63,474 nt of DNA from an uncultured Methanosarcinales archaeon. GTDB taxonomy: Archaea > Nanobdellota > Nanobdellia > Woesearchaeales > DSVV01. The notes under the pieces were generated by a model. The model did not search any database. It saw only the letters and a list, made by a program, of their open reading frames with translations, and was not told where the DNA came from. The stretch lies in contig CAYMIF010000003.1 in NCBI GenBank assembly GCA_964390375.1, positions 1-63,474 on the forward strand, in the 5' to 3' direction. Both the position numbers and the translations under genes were made by a program. This document shows, one piece after another, positions 36,758-46,652 of this stretch; the first letter of the stretch is position 1, and every line of letters starts with the position of its first letter.

Positions 36758-38470
36758 ATGGATTTCAAGCTTGAGGGGTACAGGCCTGACGTGATACTGT
36801 TCAGCATGGGTGCATATCTGCAGAGATACATGCCGACAGCATGCGGAGGGCTCGAGATGCTCGAAGGAGATACCATAAGGTCTATGGCAGACCAGAGGAT
36901 AAAGGGCCTGGCCGTCATTCAGGCAAGCACGAACGGCTATTTCAGGCAGAGGATAGATGATGAGGGATGGCAGCATGAGGAGCCTATACACTGGTCGCCT
37001 CAAAACACTCTTCCACGGCTTGATCAGACTGTTCAGCTGGACTTCTACGACCACAAGCTGACTGTCGGAGCAGAGCTATATGTTGTCCGCGGCCAGACCG
37101 GTGTTCGTTTTCCTGTTCTTCTTCTGGATACAGACATAGAGCCTAACAGTCCGACAGACAGAGGGATCACCGGCATGCTCTACGACCACAACCAGGGCAC
37201 GAGGATTGCTCAGGAATATGTCCTTGGCTATGGTGGAGCAGCTCTTCTACAGAATCTTGGAATAGACGCCAGGACTGTTCAGATGAACGAGGGCCATCCT
37301 GCTTTTCTGGCCTTGCAGCTGAAGAACAGGGGCATGAATGATGATGAGATAAGGAGCAGATGTGCCCTGACCACCCACACGCCTTTAGACACAGCTCACG
37401 AGAGATGGGACTATGGATTGATAAAAAGCATCATGGGCACTACTCTTCCCGATAATATACGGGATATGGCTGGCGGAGATAAGCTCGAGATGACCCGTCT
37501 TGCAGGCTATTTCAGTAAATACATGAATGCAGTGGCAGAGAAGCATGCAAGGGTTTGCGATGCCATGGGCGTATTTCAGTATCTGAGAAATGGAAAGCCA
37601 ATGGATCATATAACAAACGGGATCCATCCTCCTACTTGGGCAAGTCCGCATGTAGCACAGCTTCTCGACAGCCACACAGCCTACAAATGGAGGCTTCAGC
37701 CTGAGATGATTGGCCAGGTAGCAGCAAGGATATCTCCGGAAGAGATGCTCGAGGCCAAGAAAGATGCAAAGATGGATCTTATCGGCCAGCTGAATCTTTA
37801 CAACCCAGTGAAATATGACGCAGACGCATTCACCATGGTCTGGGCAAGAAGATTGACTGACTACAAGAGGCCATGGCTTTTGTTCCGTGACCAAGACCGG
37901 CTTCATCAACTGGCAGACAAGCACGGCCCGATCCAGATCCTGTTCGCAGGCAAGGCACATCCCAATGACAGGGAGGGCAAACAGGCTCTCCAGTATATCT
38001 GGAAGACCTGTCAGAAGCTCGGAAATAAGGTCAAGGCAGACTTTCTTGACAACTACGATCCAAGCCTGGCAAGGCTTCTTTTAGGCGGTTCTGATGTATG
38101 GCTCAACACTCCGAGAAGGCCGCAGGAAGCATCAGGAACATCTGGCATGAAGGCATCTCTCAATCTAGGTGTCAATCTCAGTACCTGGGACGGTTGGGTT
38201 CCTGAAGGCTATGCAATGGACCCTGAAGGTATTTTCATAATCGGACCGAAATCAGATCAGGTCACGGTCTCTGCGGATCAATCCAGGGAAGACCAGGAGG
38301 ACCTCGCGAGTCTTTTCGAAGGTCTGGATGAACTGCTTGGAATCTATTACAGCGAAGAATATCGAAAAAACACTGCCTGGGCTGAGTTGATGGCCCACTC
38401 ACTTGGATTGGTATCCTATGCCAACACAGACAGGATGGTTCGGGAATACAGCCAGAAGATCTGGTGGTAA
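36758..38470 (+). CDS. glgP: Alpha-glucan (glycogen) phosphorylase, GT35
   Basis: MNEGHPAF, TTHTP, ITNGIH, ARRLTDYKR, FAGKAHPND, DVWLNTP and EASGTSGMKA (PLP lysine). Confidence 0.93.
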   Translation: MDFKLEGYRPDVILFSMGAYLQRYMPTACGGLEMLEGDTIRSMADQRIKGLAVIQASTNGYFRQRIDDEGWQHEEPIHWSPQNTLPRLDQTVQLDFYDHKLTVGAELYVVRGQTGVRFPVLLLDTDIEPNSPTDRGITGMLYDHNQGTRIAQEYVLGYGGAALLQNLGIDARTVQMNEGHPAFLALQLKNRGMNDDEIRSRCALTTHTPLDTAHERWDYGLIKSIMGTTLPDNIRDMAGGDKLEMTRLAGYFSKYMNAVAEKHARVCDAMGVFQYLRNGKPMDHITNGIHPPTWASPHVAQLLDSHTAYKWRLQPEMIGQVAARISPEEMLEAKKDAKMDLIGQLNLYNPVKYDADAFTMVWARRLTDYKRPWLLFRDQDRLHQLADKHGPIQILFAGKAHPNDREGKQALQYIWKTCQKLGNKVKADFLDNYDPSLARLLLGGSDVWLNTPRRPQEASGTSGMKASLNLGVNLSTWDGWVPEGYAMDPEGIFIIGPKSDQVTVSADQSREDQEDLASLFEGLDELLGIYYSEEYRKNTAWAELMAHSLGLVSYANTDRMVREYSQKIWW

Positions 38471-38539
38471 GGACACAGCAGCATAGGATTTTAAGTCCTT
38501 CCAAAAGATTTAAAAACACAGCATTTTTTTTAACCGACC

Positions 38540-39082
38540 ATGGAAGAGTACAGCTATGATCTCAAGATCCCGAAAGAGAGGGTCGCGGTTTTGATTGGAG
38601 AGAAAGGAAGCGTAAAAAAGCAGCTCGAAGAGGACTGCTCAGCCAAGATTGAGATAGACTCAAAGGAAGGGGATGTCGTGGTCATAGGCAGGGACGCGAT
38701 CAAGTTATATACCCTAAGAGAGATAATCAAGGCGATTGGAAGGGGATTCAACCCAGATGTCGCGATGTTCCTGGAGAAGCAGGATTATGTATATGAGAAG
38801 CTGAATCTTTCAGAATATGTCAAGACTAAAAACAGCGCAGTGAGGCTGAAAGGAAGGGTGATTGGAAGATCAGGAAAATCCCGCAGGAAGATTGAGGAGC
38901 TCACAGAATGCTACATAGTCGTATATGGAAAGACCATTGGAATAATCGGAGAGGCGACCAATGTCGCTGCAGCAAGAAAGGCGGTTGTCTCTCTTCTGAC
39001 AGGAAGCACTCATTCTTCTGTCTTCAGGTCGCTTGAGAGGAACCGCGCTTCTATGAAGACCAACGCATTAGATTCGATCTGA
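38540..39082 (+). CDS. KH-domain rRNA processing protein (Dim2/Pno1 family)
   Basis: RVAVLIGEKG, IKAIGRGF, KGRVIGRSGKSR, VYGKTIGIIG and LLTGSTHSSVF. Confidence 0.92.
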   Translation: MEEYSYDLKIPKERVAVLIGEKGSVKKQLEEDCSAKIEIDSKEGDVVVIGRDAIKLYTLREIIKAIGRGFNPDVAMFLEKQDYVYEKLNLSEYVKTKNSAVRLKGRVIGRSGKSRRKIEELTECYIVVYGKTIGIIGEATNVAAARKAVVSLLTGSTHSSVFRSLERNRASMKTNALDSI

Positions 39083-39107
39083 TTTATTTTATAAAGAGGT
39101 ATGAGAC

Positions 39108-40817
39108 ATGGCACAGACAAAACTTTCAGATGACGCAAAAGGAAGCTCCCCGATAGCAGTGGAGCTGGCAAAAGGCCAAAGGGAGATAGGTGTTGCAGAG
39201 TTCTTCTCCCGCAACCGTCACCTTTTGGGGTTTGACAACAAGAGAAAAGCACTTCTGACTACAGTGAAGGAAGCTGTAGACAATGCCCTTGATGCATGTG
39301 AAGACGGAAATATCCTTCCTGAGCTCAATGTCCAGGTCATAGACATGAGCAACGACAGGTTCAGGATAATCGTCGAGGATAATGGTCCGGGGATAGTTAA
39401 GGCTCAGATACCTAAGATATTCGCAAAGCTTCTCTACGGTTCCAAGTTCCACAGGCTTAAGATGTCGCGTGGCCAGCAGGGTATAGGAATCAGCGCAAGC
39501 GTTATGTACGGTCAGCTGACAACAGGAAGGCCTGCAAAGATAACATCAAAGATAGATCCAAAAAGCCCTGCGCATTATTATGAACTCAAGATAAACACCC
39601 AGAAGAATGCGCCGGAGATCGTCAGGGATGAGCAGAAGGACTGGATAGGAAAAGACCATGGGACAAAGGTGGAGATAGACCTTGAAGGAAGTTATGCTGG
39701 CGGTTCGCAGTCAGTCGACCAGTACCTGAAAGCAACAGCGATATCCAATCCGCACGTGACGATAATTTATACTAATCCAAAAGCGCAGCAGATAATATTT
39801 CCCAGGGCAACAGAGAAGATGCCAAAATCAACCACCGAGATCAAGCCTCATCCTTATGGTGTCGAGCTGGGAATACTGATGACCATGCTAAAGGTCACAG
39901 AATCCCGCACTCTACAGAGTTTCCTGACCAATGATTTCTCGAGGGTCGGATCAGGAACAGCAAAACAGATTTGCGAAAATGCTGCTCTTCTTCCGAACAC
40001 AAAACCAGTTAAGATGAACAGGGAGATGGCGGAGAAGTTGATAGACGGGATCAAGAAGACCAAGATAATGGCGCCTTCTTCTGACTGTATCGCACCTATC
40101 GGCTCGCACCAGCTCGAGAAGGGCCTAAAAAAAGAGATCAACGCTGAGTTTTATTATACATGCACAAGACCGCCATCTGTCTACAGAGGCAATCCATTCA
40201 TAATCGAAGCAGGTATAGCCTATGGCGGAGATCTTGGAAAAGAGAATGCAGCGATATTATATAGGTTCGCAAACAGGGTGCCTCTTCAGTACCAGCAGGG
40301 TGGATGTGCATCCACGAAATCAGTGACCAGCATGAACTGGAGATCATATGGCCTCAGCCAGTCTGCAGGATCGATGCCTGTTGGCCCGATTGCCATCCTT
40401 ATCCATATCGCATCAGTCTGGGTTCCCTTCACCTCAGAGAGCAAGGAGGCGATTGCCCATTATCCGGAGATTATCAAGGATATTAAGCTGGCATTGCAGG
40501 AATGCGGCCGCAACCTTGGCTATTATGTAAAGAAGAAGAGAAGGGTCAAGGATGAGCTCAAGAAAAGAAGCTACATAGAAAAATACATTCCTCATGTCTC
40601 AGAGGCTTTGCAGAACATACTTGGCTTCACAGACAATGAGAAGGACCGCACGACAACCATGCTCAAGGGAATGCTTGAGCAGCACAGGGGAAAGGTGGAG
40701 AGTATGGATTTTGATCCCAAGAAGAATGTTGATTATGATGAGACCTTTGCCAAGATAGGCAAGGTGGAAGTCAAAAAAGAAGAGGAACCTGAAGATGAGG
40801 ATGGTGATGAGCAATGA
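39108..40817 (+). CDS. top6B: DNA topoisomerase VI subunit B
   Basis: GHKL motifs KEAVDNALDA, VEDNGPGI, GSKFH and RGQQGIGIS, plus RFANRVPL. Confidence 0.96.
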   Translation: MAQTKLSDDAKGSSPIAVELAKGQREIGVAEFFSRNRHLLGFDNKRKALLTTVKEAVDNALDACEDGNILPELNVQVIDMSNDRFRIIVEDNGPGIVKAQIPKIFAKLLYGSKFHRLKMSRGQQGIGISASVMYGQLTTGRPAKITSKIDPKSPAHYYELKINTQKNAPEIVRDEQKDWIGKDHGTKVEIDLEGSYAGGSQSVDQYLKATAISNPHVTIIYTNPKAQQIIFPRATEKMPKSTTEIKPHPYGVELGILMTMLKVTESRTLQSFLTNDFSRVGSGTAKQICENAALLPNTKPVKMNREMAEKLIDGIKKTKIMAPSSDCIAPIGSHQLEKGLKKEINAEFYYTCTRPPSVYRGNPFIIEAGIAYGGDLGKENAAILYRFANRVPLQYQQGGCASTKSVTSMNWRSYGLSQSAGSMPVGPIAILIHIASVWVPFTSESKEAIAHYPEIIKDIKLALQECGRNLGYYVKKKRRVKDELKKRSYIEKYIPHVSEALQNILGFTDNEKDRTTTMLKGMLEQHRGKVESMDFDPKKNVDYDETFAKIGKVEVKKEEEPEDEDGDEQ

Positions 40818-41902
40818 AGGAGACAGAGCTTCTGGAAAATATTAAGGTCAAGGCAAAGGACGTGTTTGAGCATATTCAGGCATCCAAGCACCCTTCACTG
40901 ATTACGCCTATCCGGTCTTTGCAGAATGTCTCATATGACCCTAAATTAGGTTATTTTGAGATGAACGGCAGGACAAAGGAGCGAAAGCTCACAGCATCGA
41001 CAGTCAAGTCATTCGCCCAGACTCTCAAGCTCATGGGCCTGTCCAAGGGTCTCATAGAAACTGACGACATAGCCACGAAAAGAGAAGCATATTATGTCAG
41101 CAAGAACTGGGGCGAGGCAGGCTTCAAGGAGCAGCAGGAATCAGACAGCATAATGGACGACGTCGAGGCAATGATGCTGGTCAACCGTGAACAGCTTGGA
41201 TTCATACCTGAGGAGAAAGGAGGAGACATAGCAGGCAAGCTGATAGTCATCGACCGTGACCCTGAAACAGGAAAAGAGATAAGGATTGACTGCACAAGGT
41301 TCGGCTCAGGAGCATATTCTATCCCAAGCTCTGTCGAGCATCTCAGGTTCGAGACAGAGGCAAAGTTCATCCTGGCGATAGAGACAGCAGGTATGTTCCA
41401 AAGGCTCGTCAAGCACAACTTCTGGAAGAAGTCCAACTGCATCCTCATATCCCTCGGTGGAGTTCCTACCAGGGCCTGCAGAAGGTTCATACGAAGATTA
41501 TCAGACGAGATGAAGCTTCCTGTCTATGGATTCGTGGACTGTGATCCATACGGTGTCGGTAACATCTACAGGACCCTTAAGGTCGGTTCAGGGAACGCAG
41601 CCCACATAAACAAGTTCTTCTGCGTCCCGAACGCAAAATTTCTTGGAGTGACTCCTCAGGACATAATCGATTACAAGCTTCCTACCCATCCGCTCAAGGA
41701 AGTCGACATAAAGAAGATCAAGGACATGCTGAAAAACGACCCGTTCATAAAGCACCACAAGGAATGGCAAAAGCAGCTCCAGCTTCTCCACACCATGAAG
41801 AAGAGGGCAGAGCAGCAGTCATTGGCTGCCTGGGGCCTGAATTTCGTGATCGAGAAGTACCTGCCTGACAAGATAGCCAATGCCAGCAAGTTTCTGCCAT
41901 GA
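40814..41902 (+). CDS. top6A: DNA topoisomerase VI subunit A
   Basis: KREAYY (catalytic Tyr), LAIETAGMFQRL, GVPTRACR and FVDCDPYG. It overlaps top6B by 4 nt. Confidence 0.95.
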   Translation: MKETELLENIKVKAKDVFEHIQASKHPSLITPIRSLQNVSYDPKLGYFEMNGRTKERKLTASTVKSFAQTLKLMGLSKGLIETDDIATKREAYYVSKNWGEAGFKEQQESDSIMDDVEAMMLVNREQLGFIPEEKGGDIAGKLIVIDRDPETGKEIRIDCTRFGSGAYSIPSSVEHLRFETEAKFILAIETAGMFQRLVKHNFWKKSNCILISLGGVPTRACRRFIRRLSDEMKLPVYGFVDCDPYGVGNIYRTLKVGSGNAAHINKFFCVPNAKFLGVTPQDIIDYKLPTHPLKEVDIKKIKDMLKNDPFIKHHKEWQKQLQLLHTMKKRAEQQSLAAWGLNFVIEKYLPDKIANASKFLP

Positions 41903-41909
41903 TTATTTT

Positions 41910-43016
41910 TTATGTATTTGGATGCTGATTATTCTTTTCATTCTTGTTTTCTTTATTTATTTTTCTCACAATTCCTTTCTCCGCATCCACCTCGACCATG
42001 TCGCCGTCGCGCAGAACCTTCGTCGCAATCTTCGTCCCGATTACGCAGGGCTTGTTCATTTCCCTTGATATTATCGCAGCATGTGAAGTTATTCCTCCTT
42101 CATCTGTTACAAAAGCAGTAGCCTTGTTCAGTGCAAATGTAATATCTGGTTGGGTCATGCCGCATACCAGTATGTCCCCCTCTTTCAATTCCTTTGCAGT
42201 CTCAATCATTTTATCATAATCATCCTGCGGTATTATTTTAACTGGTCCCATGGCCTTTCCGGGATTTGCTGTCTTTCCACTTATGTTATCAGTTGCCGAT
42301 ATTTCTGTGCTGGCTATCCTTGATATCAGATCAGCCTCTTTTCCTGTTACAATGAATTTTTTAAGTCCTATGATACCCAAGACACAGCCTTTTTCGCGTT
42401 CCTCACCAAGCTTTATTGATCTTGCAATTGAAATTGTTTTATTAGCCAGCATCCTGATCTCGTCGTTTGTCAGCCTCTCCATCTGTTCAAGACTTAGCCC
42501 AAAGCCCTTAGCCGCAGCTTCTTTCATCGTCCTGGAATCCCGCTCTGCCTCAAGCCATGCCTTTTTAAGTTCAAGCCGAAGCTTGCCATATCTGTTCACA
42601 AGTCTCCTGATCTGTTCATTATCTATCATATCTTCGACAAGATCAAATATTTCAGGTCTCGAGGCGCGATAGTAAGACAGCAATTCTTCCAGTATTTCAG
42701 AATATGAAAAGATATCTCCTTTGAATTGCCTGATCCTCTGAATTGCCTTTCTTGCACCTTCTTCATGGTTTCTCATGTACTGTTCATTTAGTAATTTTCT
42801 CTTCCGGACAGACTTCAGCTGTGCAATCTCTTCTTCGCAGAAAAAAGCTTCTTCACTTCTGTTTTTATAGATATGTATCGTATCCTTGTTTTCATAACCC
42901 AGCCTTTTATTGAACTTTATATGGACATCCATTGCCCTGTCCAAAAACCATATAGTAAAATAGAACTCCCACAGCCTTCTCCATTTCCTCTTCTCTATCT
43001 CAGAAAGCAAATTCAT
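41910..43016 (-). CDS. PEP-utilizing enzyme mobile-domain protein
   Basis: C-terminal ILVCGMTQPD...FVTDEGGITSHAAIISREMNKPCVIGTKIAT...VEVDAEKGIV. The N-terminal region is unrecognised. Confidence 0.88.
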   Translation of the reverse strand: MNLLSEIEKRKWRRLWEFYFTIWFLDRAMDVHIKFNKRLGYENKDTIHIYKNRSEEAFFCEEEIAQLKSVRKRKLLNEQYMRNHEEGARKAIQRIRQFKGDIFSYSEILEELLSYYRASRPEIFDLVEDMIDNEQIRRLVNRYGKLRLELKKAWLEAERDSRTMKEAAAKGFGLSLEQMERLTNDEIRMLANKTISIARSIKLGEEREKGCVLGIIGLKKFIVTGKEADLISRIASTEISATDNISGKTANPGKAMGPVKIIPQDDYDKMIETAKELKEGDILVCGMTQPDITFALNKATAFVTDEGGITSHAAIISREMNKPCVIGTKIATKVLRDGDMVEVDAEKGIVRKINKENKNEKNNQHPNT

Positions 43017-44251
43017 CCGATCCGCCTCACAATCCCCTTCTCCGCATCCACTTCCACCATATCTCCATCCTTTAGGGTCTCAGTGATTCCTGCAACTCCG
43101 ATGATGCAGGGAACACCATACTCTCTGCTCATGATAGCAGCATGTGATGTGATTCCGCCTTTTTCTGTGATTATTGCCCCTGCTCTCTTTATTCCAGTGA
43201 AAAACTCTGGAGAAGTCTCATAGGCTACAAGTATATCTCCTTGTTCGACTTTTTCTATATCTTCAGTGTCTGAAACGACCTTGACGATTCCCTTGGCATG
43301 CCCATTCTTTGCAACCCTTCCCTTCATATCTGATCTTGATATCTCAACCTTAAGTTGCTCCAATATTCCATCCACCCTGCTGCCAGTGACTATTCTTCCG
43401 CCAGGCTCTATCCCATACTTGCTTCTGTCGCCGATTGTTATCTTATGCCCTTTCAGCCCAAATATCAGTTCATCGAAAGTTAAATCCAGATGATTCACTC
43501 CCAATCTCATGCCGGCTTTCTCAAGAATAGGTCTTATCTTATACTGAAGCATTCCTGAAAGTTCAGCAAAGAAGGTCCTGGAATACATCGCGATTGACGC
43601 AAGCTCAGCATGCCATTTAAGCTCTTCTGGAATATCAATCTCTTTTACCATAGACGGTTTGGTATCCTTAAGTTCCAGAAATTTTTCCATATCATATTCT
43701 TCCCCGATAAAATGATGGATTCCGCAGAACCTGAACCTGTCGATGTGCGCCTCAATCTCTTTTTTCGAAGCATTCTTCAGTTTCCTCGCCTCTTCAGCCT
43801 GCATCATAGTAAATGTCTTTCTGAATGGCCTGATTCCTGATATTATCTCATTGAGGTCATATCCTTTTTTTTTGCAGATCTCGAGCATCTGATTTTCAAG
43901 TGGAGAGTCAATAAATGCAAAAAAATTCCACAGACAGAGTACCTTCCTGAACCTGTCATTGAAGTCATTGATTGTCTTGACTCCAGCTCCCGCAGAAAAG
44001 CCTTCAGCTTCCCTCTTTATTTTTTCGATCCATTTCTTGAATGACTCGATTATTTCAAAATTGTTTTCAATGCACTTCAGAAATCTCGCGAATTCGTCCC
44101 TATCATCCTTCAGCCGGAAGAAATGCCCGTCAAGATAATACATGCTTCCGTCTATCTTGCATTCCTTGAAAGGAAATTCATAGTTCCATTTGTCCCAGAA
44201 GCAGGCTGAAAGCACAGGCTGTACCCATCTGCCCCAGTATTCCCATTTCAT
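43013..44251 (-). CDS. PEP-utilizing enzyme mobile-domain protein
   Basis: C-terminal ILVAYETSPE...ITEKGGITSHAAIMSREYGVPCIIG...VEVDAEKGIV. Confidence 0.88.
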   Translation of the reverse strand: MKWEYWGRWVQPVLSACFWDKWNYEFPFKECKIDGSMYYLDGHFFRLKDDRDEFARFLKCIENNFEIIESFKKWIEKIKREAEGFSAGAGVKTINDFNDRFRKVLCLWNFFAFIDSPLENQMLEICKKKGYDLNEIISGIRPFRKTFTMMQAEEARKLKNASKKEIEAHIDRFRFCGIHHFIGEEYDMEKFLELKDTKPSMVKEIDIPEELKWHAELASIAMYSRTFFAELSGMLQYKIRPILEKAGMRLGVNHLDLTFDELIFGLKGHKITIGDRSKYGIEPGGRIVTGSRVDGILEQLKVEISRSDMKGRVAKNGHAKGIVKVVSDTEDIEKVEQGDILVAYETSPEFFTGIKRAGAIITEKGGITSHAAIMSREYGVPCIIGVAGITETLKDGDMVEVDAEKGIVRRIG

Positions 44252-44307
44252 TTTTAAGATTTAGACAAGAATTGCTTCCATAAATAAAAAATTGCCGATT
44301 ATACTGG

Positions 44308-45750
44308 TCACTTCCCCATGCTCCTGGGATCGATCCAGCTCATAAACACCTTCTTGTAGTCCTCGTCGCTCTCGACCTTCTCTATGACATAGTCGAACAT
44401 ACCCATGTGTATCTTGCACCTGGAGGACTCAGCGACATTCGTGATAGTCGTTCCTTTCTCCATGTAGTTCATCACCGGACACACTCCGCAGAACGGCTTG
44501 TATGCACAGGTCGAGCAGTGCAGTGTGTCCAGTACTGAAGAGCTCATCAGGCTGCAGGCCCTGGGAGACGACACGACTTCCTTGTATTCATCATCGACTG
44601 TACCGAGCTTGAATATGTCCTCTTTGACCATCCTGCCTTCGTCGCAGCTGTATACACCGCCGTCCACATTGTATGCAAGCTGGCACAGCACAGCACCGCA
44701 TGGGTTCATCATCTCAGTATAGGCAGGATCAGTGTCAGTGAAAAGCTTCTGCATGATTATCTGCACGAATCTCTCGAATATGTATGTGCCCTCTTGGTTC
44801 TTCTTCACGATATAGTCAACGCTTTTTTTCCAGAAATCCAGGAATTCCTCTGGGGTATACCCCAGCTCTTCCCATTCCTCGTTCGCATACCCGAGATTGT
44901 TCATGAATCTGAGGTGTATTGCAGAGAATCCGAACTCAATGTACTTGTCGATTATCTCCTTGTAATATGGCAGTGAGTATCGCGTGATTGTAAGCAGTGT
45001 GTTTAGGTATCTCTTGTTCGGGTCAAGCACTTCTCCTGTCTGTATGCTGTTGATCTTTTTGATCCATTTCACCACATTCTCATAGCTCCCAGCGCCTGAC
45101 CGAAAAACCCTTACCTTGTCATGCACCTCTTTTATGCCCTCAAAAGAGCTGCACACTCCGATCTTGTGGTCGATGAAGAACTGCAGTTTTTCATCATCCA
45201 TGAGCGTGAGATTTGTGACAATAGAAAAATCTATGTTGCGTTCAGGGTCCTTGTTCGACTCCTTTGCATACTTCACGATATACTTTATTGCATCGAAGTT
45301 CAAAAGAGGCTCTCCTCCCTGGAATTCTATTATGATGTTCTTGGAAGGGCCTTTTAGTATGAAGTCGACTGTCTTCTTGGCAGTCTCCAGGCTCATGTGG
45401 TTAGAGCTGTCATTGTCCATCTTTGCGCTTGCCTGGCAGTATCTGCATTTCAGGTTGCACTGTTTTGTTACGACCACTATATGAAGCGATGGTCCTTGGT
45501 AGAGATAGAAATATCTTTTCCTGTAGTCCTCGATGAACTTGTCCATGTTCTCTTCTGCATTGATGATGCCTACGTTGGTCAGTTCTGCTTTGAGCTTGTC
45601 ATCTGTTTTCCCAGACATCATGTCTTCGTATTCTTTTTTGGAAAGTATGATCCACGAGCCATGTTCACATGATAAGAAGACCTTCTTTCCAGCTATCTCT
45701 CTTGCCCTGAAAAATCCCAGTTCATGGGATGCTTTTTTCTCCATTTTCAT
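44308..45750 (-). CDS. hxsB: His-Xaa-Ser system radical SAM maturase HxsB
   Basis: LHIVVVTKQCNLKCRYCQAS, IEFQGGEPLLNF, NPCGAVLCQLAYNVDGGVYSCDEGRM and SPASM-type CSTCAYKPFCGVCP. It is clustered with HxsD and the HxS precursor. Confidence 0.88.
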   Translation of the reverse strand: MKMEKKASHELGFFRAREIAGKKVFLSCEHGSWIILSKKEYEDMMSGKTDDKLKAELTNVGIINAEENMDKFIEDYRKRYFYLYQGPSLHIVVVTKQCNLKCRYCQASAKMDNDSSNHMSLETAKKTVDFILKGPSKNIIIEFQGGEPLLNFDAIKYIVKYAKESNKDPERNIDFSIVTNLTLMDDEKLQFFIDHKIGVCSSFEGIKEVHDKVRVFRSGAGSYENVVKWIKKINSIQTGEVLDPNKRYLNTLLTITRYSLPYYKEIIDKYIEFGFSAIHLRFMNNLGYANEEWEELGYTPEEFLDFWKKSVDYIVKKNQEGTYIFERFVQIIMQKLFTDTDPAYTEMMNPCGAVLCQLAYNVDGGVYSCDEGRMVKEDIFKLGTVDDEYKEVVSSPRACSLMSSSVLDTLHCSTCAYKPFCGVCPVMNYMEKGTTITNVAESSRCKIHMGMFDYVIEKVESDEDYKKVFMSWIDPRSMGK

Positions 45751-45977
45751 ACCATAGATTCGTTCTTCATTACGCCCAGAACATAGTTCTTGAATTCCAG
45801 GCCGATGCTCTCAGCATCCTCTTCTGATGATATTGTCACTAGAAATGCATCATTTTCGTGAAAATCAAGCTTGGCGACCTCTGAGAAATCATTGATAGCC
45901 TGTTCGATCGCCTCTTTTAAATAGAGCTTCTTGTTAAACATAATCTTCGCTTTCTTTTCCATCTTTTGGTCTTGCAT
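45747..45977 (-). CDS. HxsD-like small protein
   Basis: FNKKLYLKEAIEQAINDF...IGLEFKNYVL is an HxsD-like pattern. It sits between hxsD and hxsB with overlapping ends. The true start may be 45962 or 45941. Confidence 0.7.
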   Translation of the reverse strand: MQDQKMEKKAKIMFNKKLYLKEAIEQAINDFSEVAKLDFHENDAFLVTISSEEDAESIGLEFKNYVLGVMKNESMV

Positions 45978-46575
45978 CAGCCTTCACTTTTTCTCTCTTT
46001 TCCTTCTTTGCTTTATCTTCTGGCTTTTTTTCAGGATTATCAGATTCTTTTTTCATTTGTTCCGAATCCTTCTTTTCCTGCTTATCGCTTCCATCGGTCT
46101 CTTTATTTTTCTTGTCCTTTCCGTACTTTTCCTCCCAGGGTATCGCGATTCCTTCCGGGTCCTCAAGGAAGTCATCATCACTGATATCATCGAAGAACTC
46201 GTCATCATCGCTGTCAGCGATTTCGCTTTCATCCTCTCGGGTGATATCCGAAAGAGCATCCGGTCCCATGTTGGTGATAAGCGCTCTTTGCAGCATCATG
46301 TTCCTGGCATCCTTGTTGTCATCCAGCACGTTCTTGTAATGTGCATAGAAAAGCAGTTGGTTCATGAACTCTTTTCCCATGCCTTTCGCATCATCCTGGC
46401 CTTTCGGTCTGATAGACACTAAAACCTTACTATCCGGATCACCATCAAGCGAGATGAAAGCTTTATCCAGAAATATATATGATGCAGTATAGATCACATC
46501 AAGAGGATACAAAGAAGTCTTGACAGGTATGTCGCAGCAGTTCTCCTCTTTATTATACTTCATGTTCTGGTCCAT
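45934..46575 (-). CDS. hxsD: His-Xaa-Ser system protein HxsD with acidic/charged C-terminal extension
   Basis: SLYPLDVIYTASYIFLDKAFISLDGD...EFMNQLLFYA...ARNMMLQRAL. GGAGG lies upstream of the ATG at 46575. Confidence 0.8.
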   Translation of the reverse strand: MDQNMKYNKEENCCDIPVKTSLYPLDVIYTASYIFLDKAFISLDGDPDSKVLVSIRPKGQDDAKGMGKEFMNQLLFYAHYKNVLDDNKDARNMMLQRALITNMGPDALSDITREDESEIADSDDDEFFDDISDDDFLEDPEGIAIPWEEKYGKDKKNKETDGSDKQEKKDSEQMKKESDNPEKKPEDKAKKEKREKVKADARPKDGKESEDYV

Positions 46576-46652
46576 AGAAACAACCTCCCTATGCATTGGC
46601 AAAATAAATTTTACTATATAAGTTTTATCTTTTGAATTATTATCAGAAAAGA

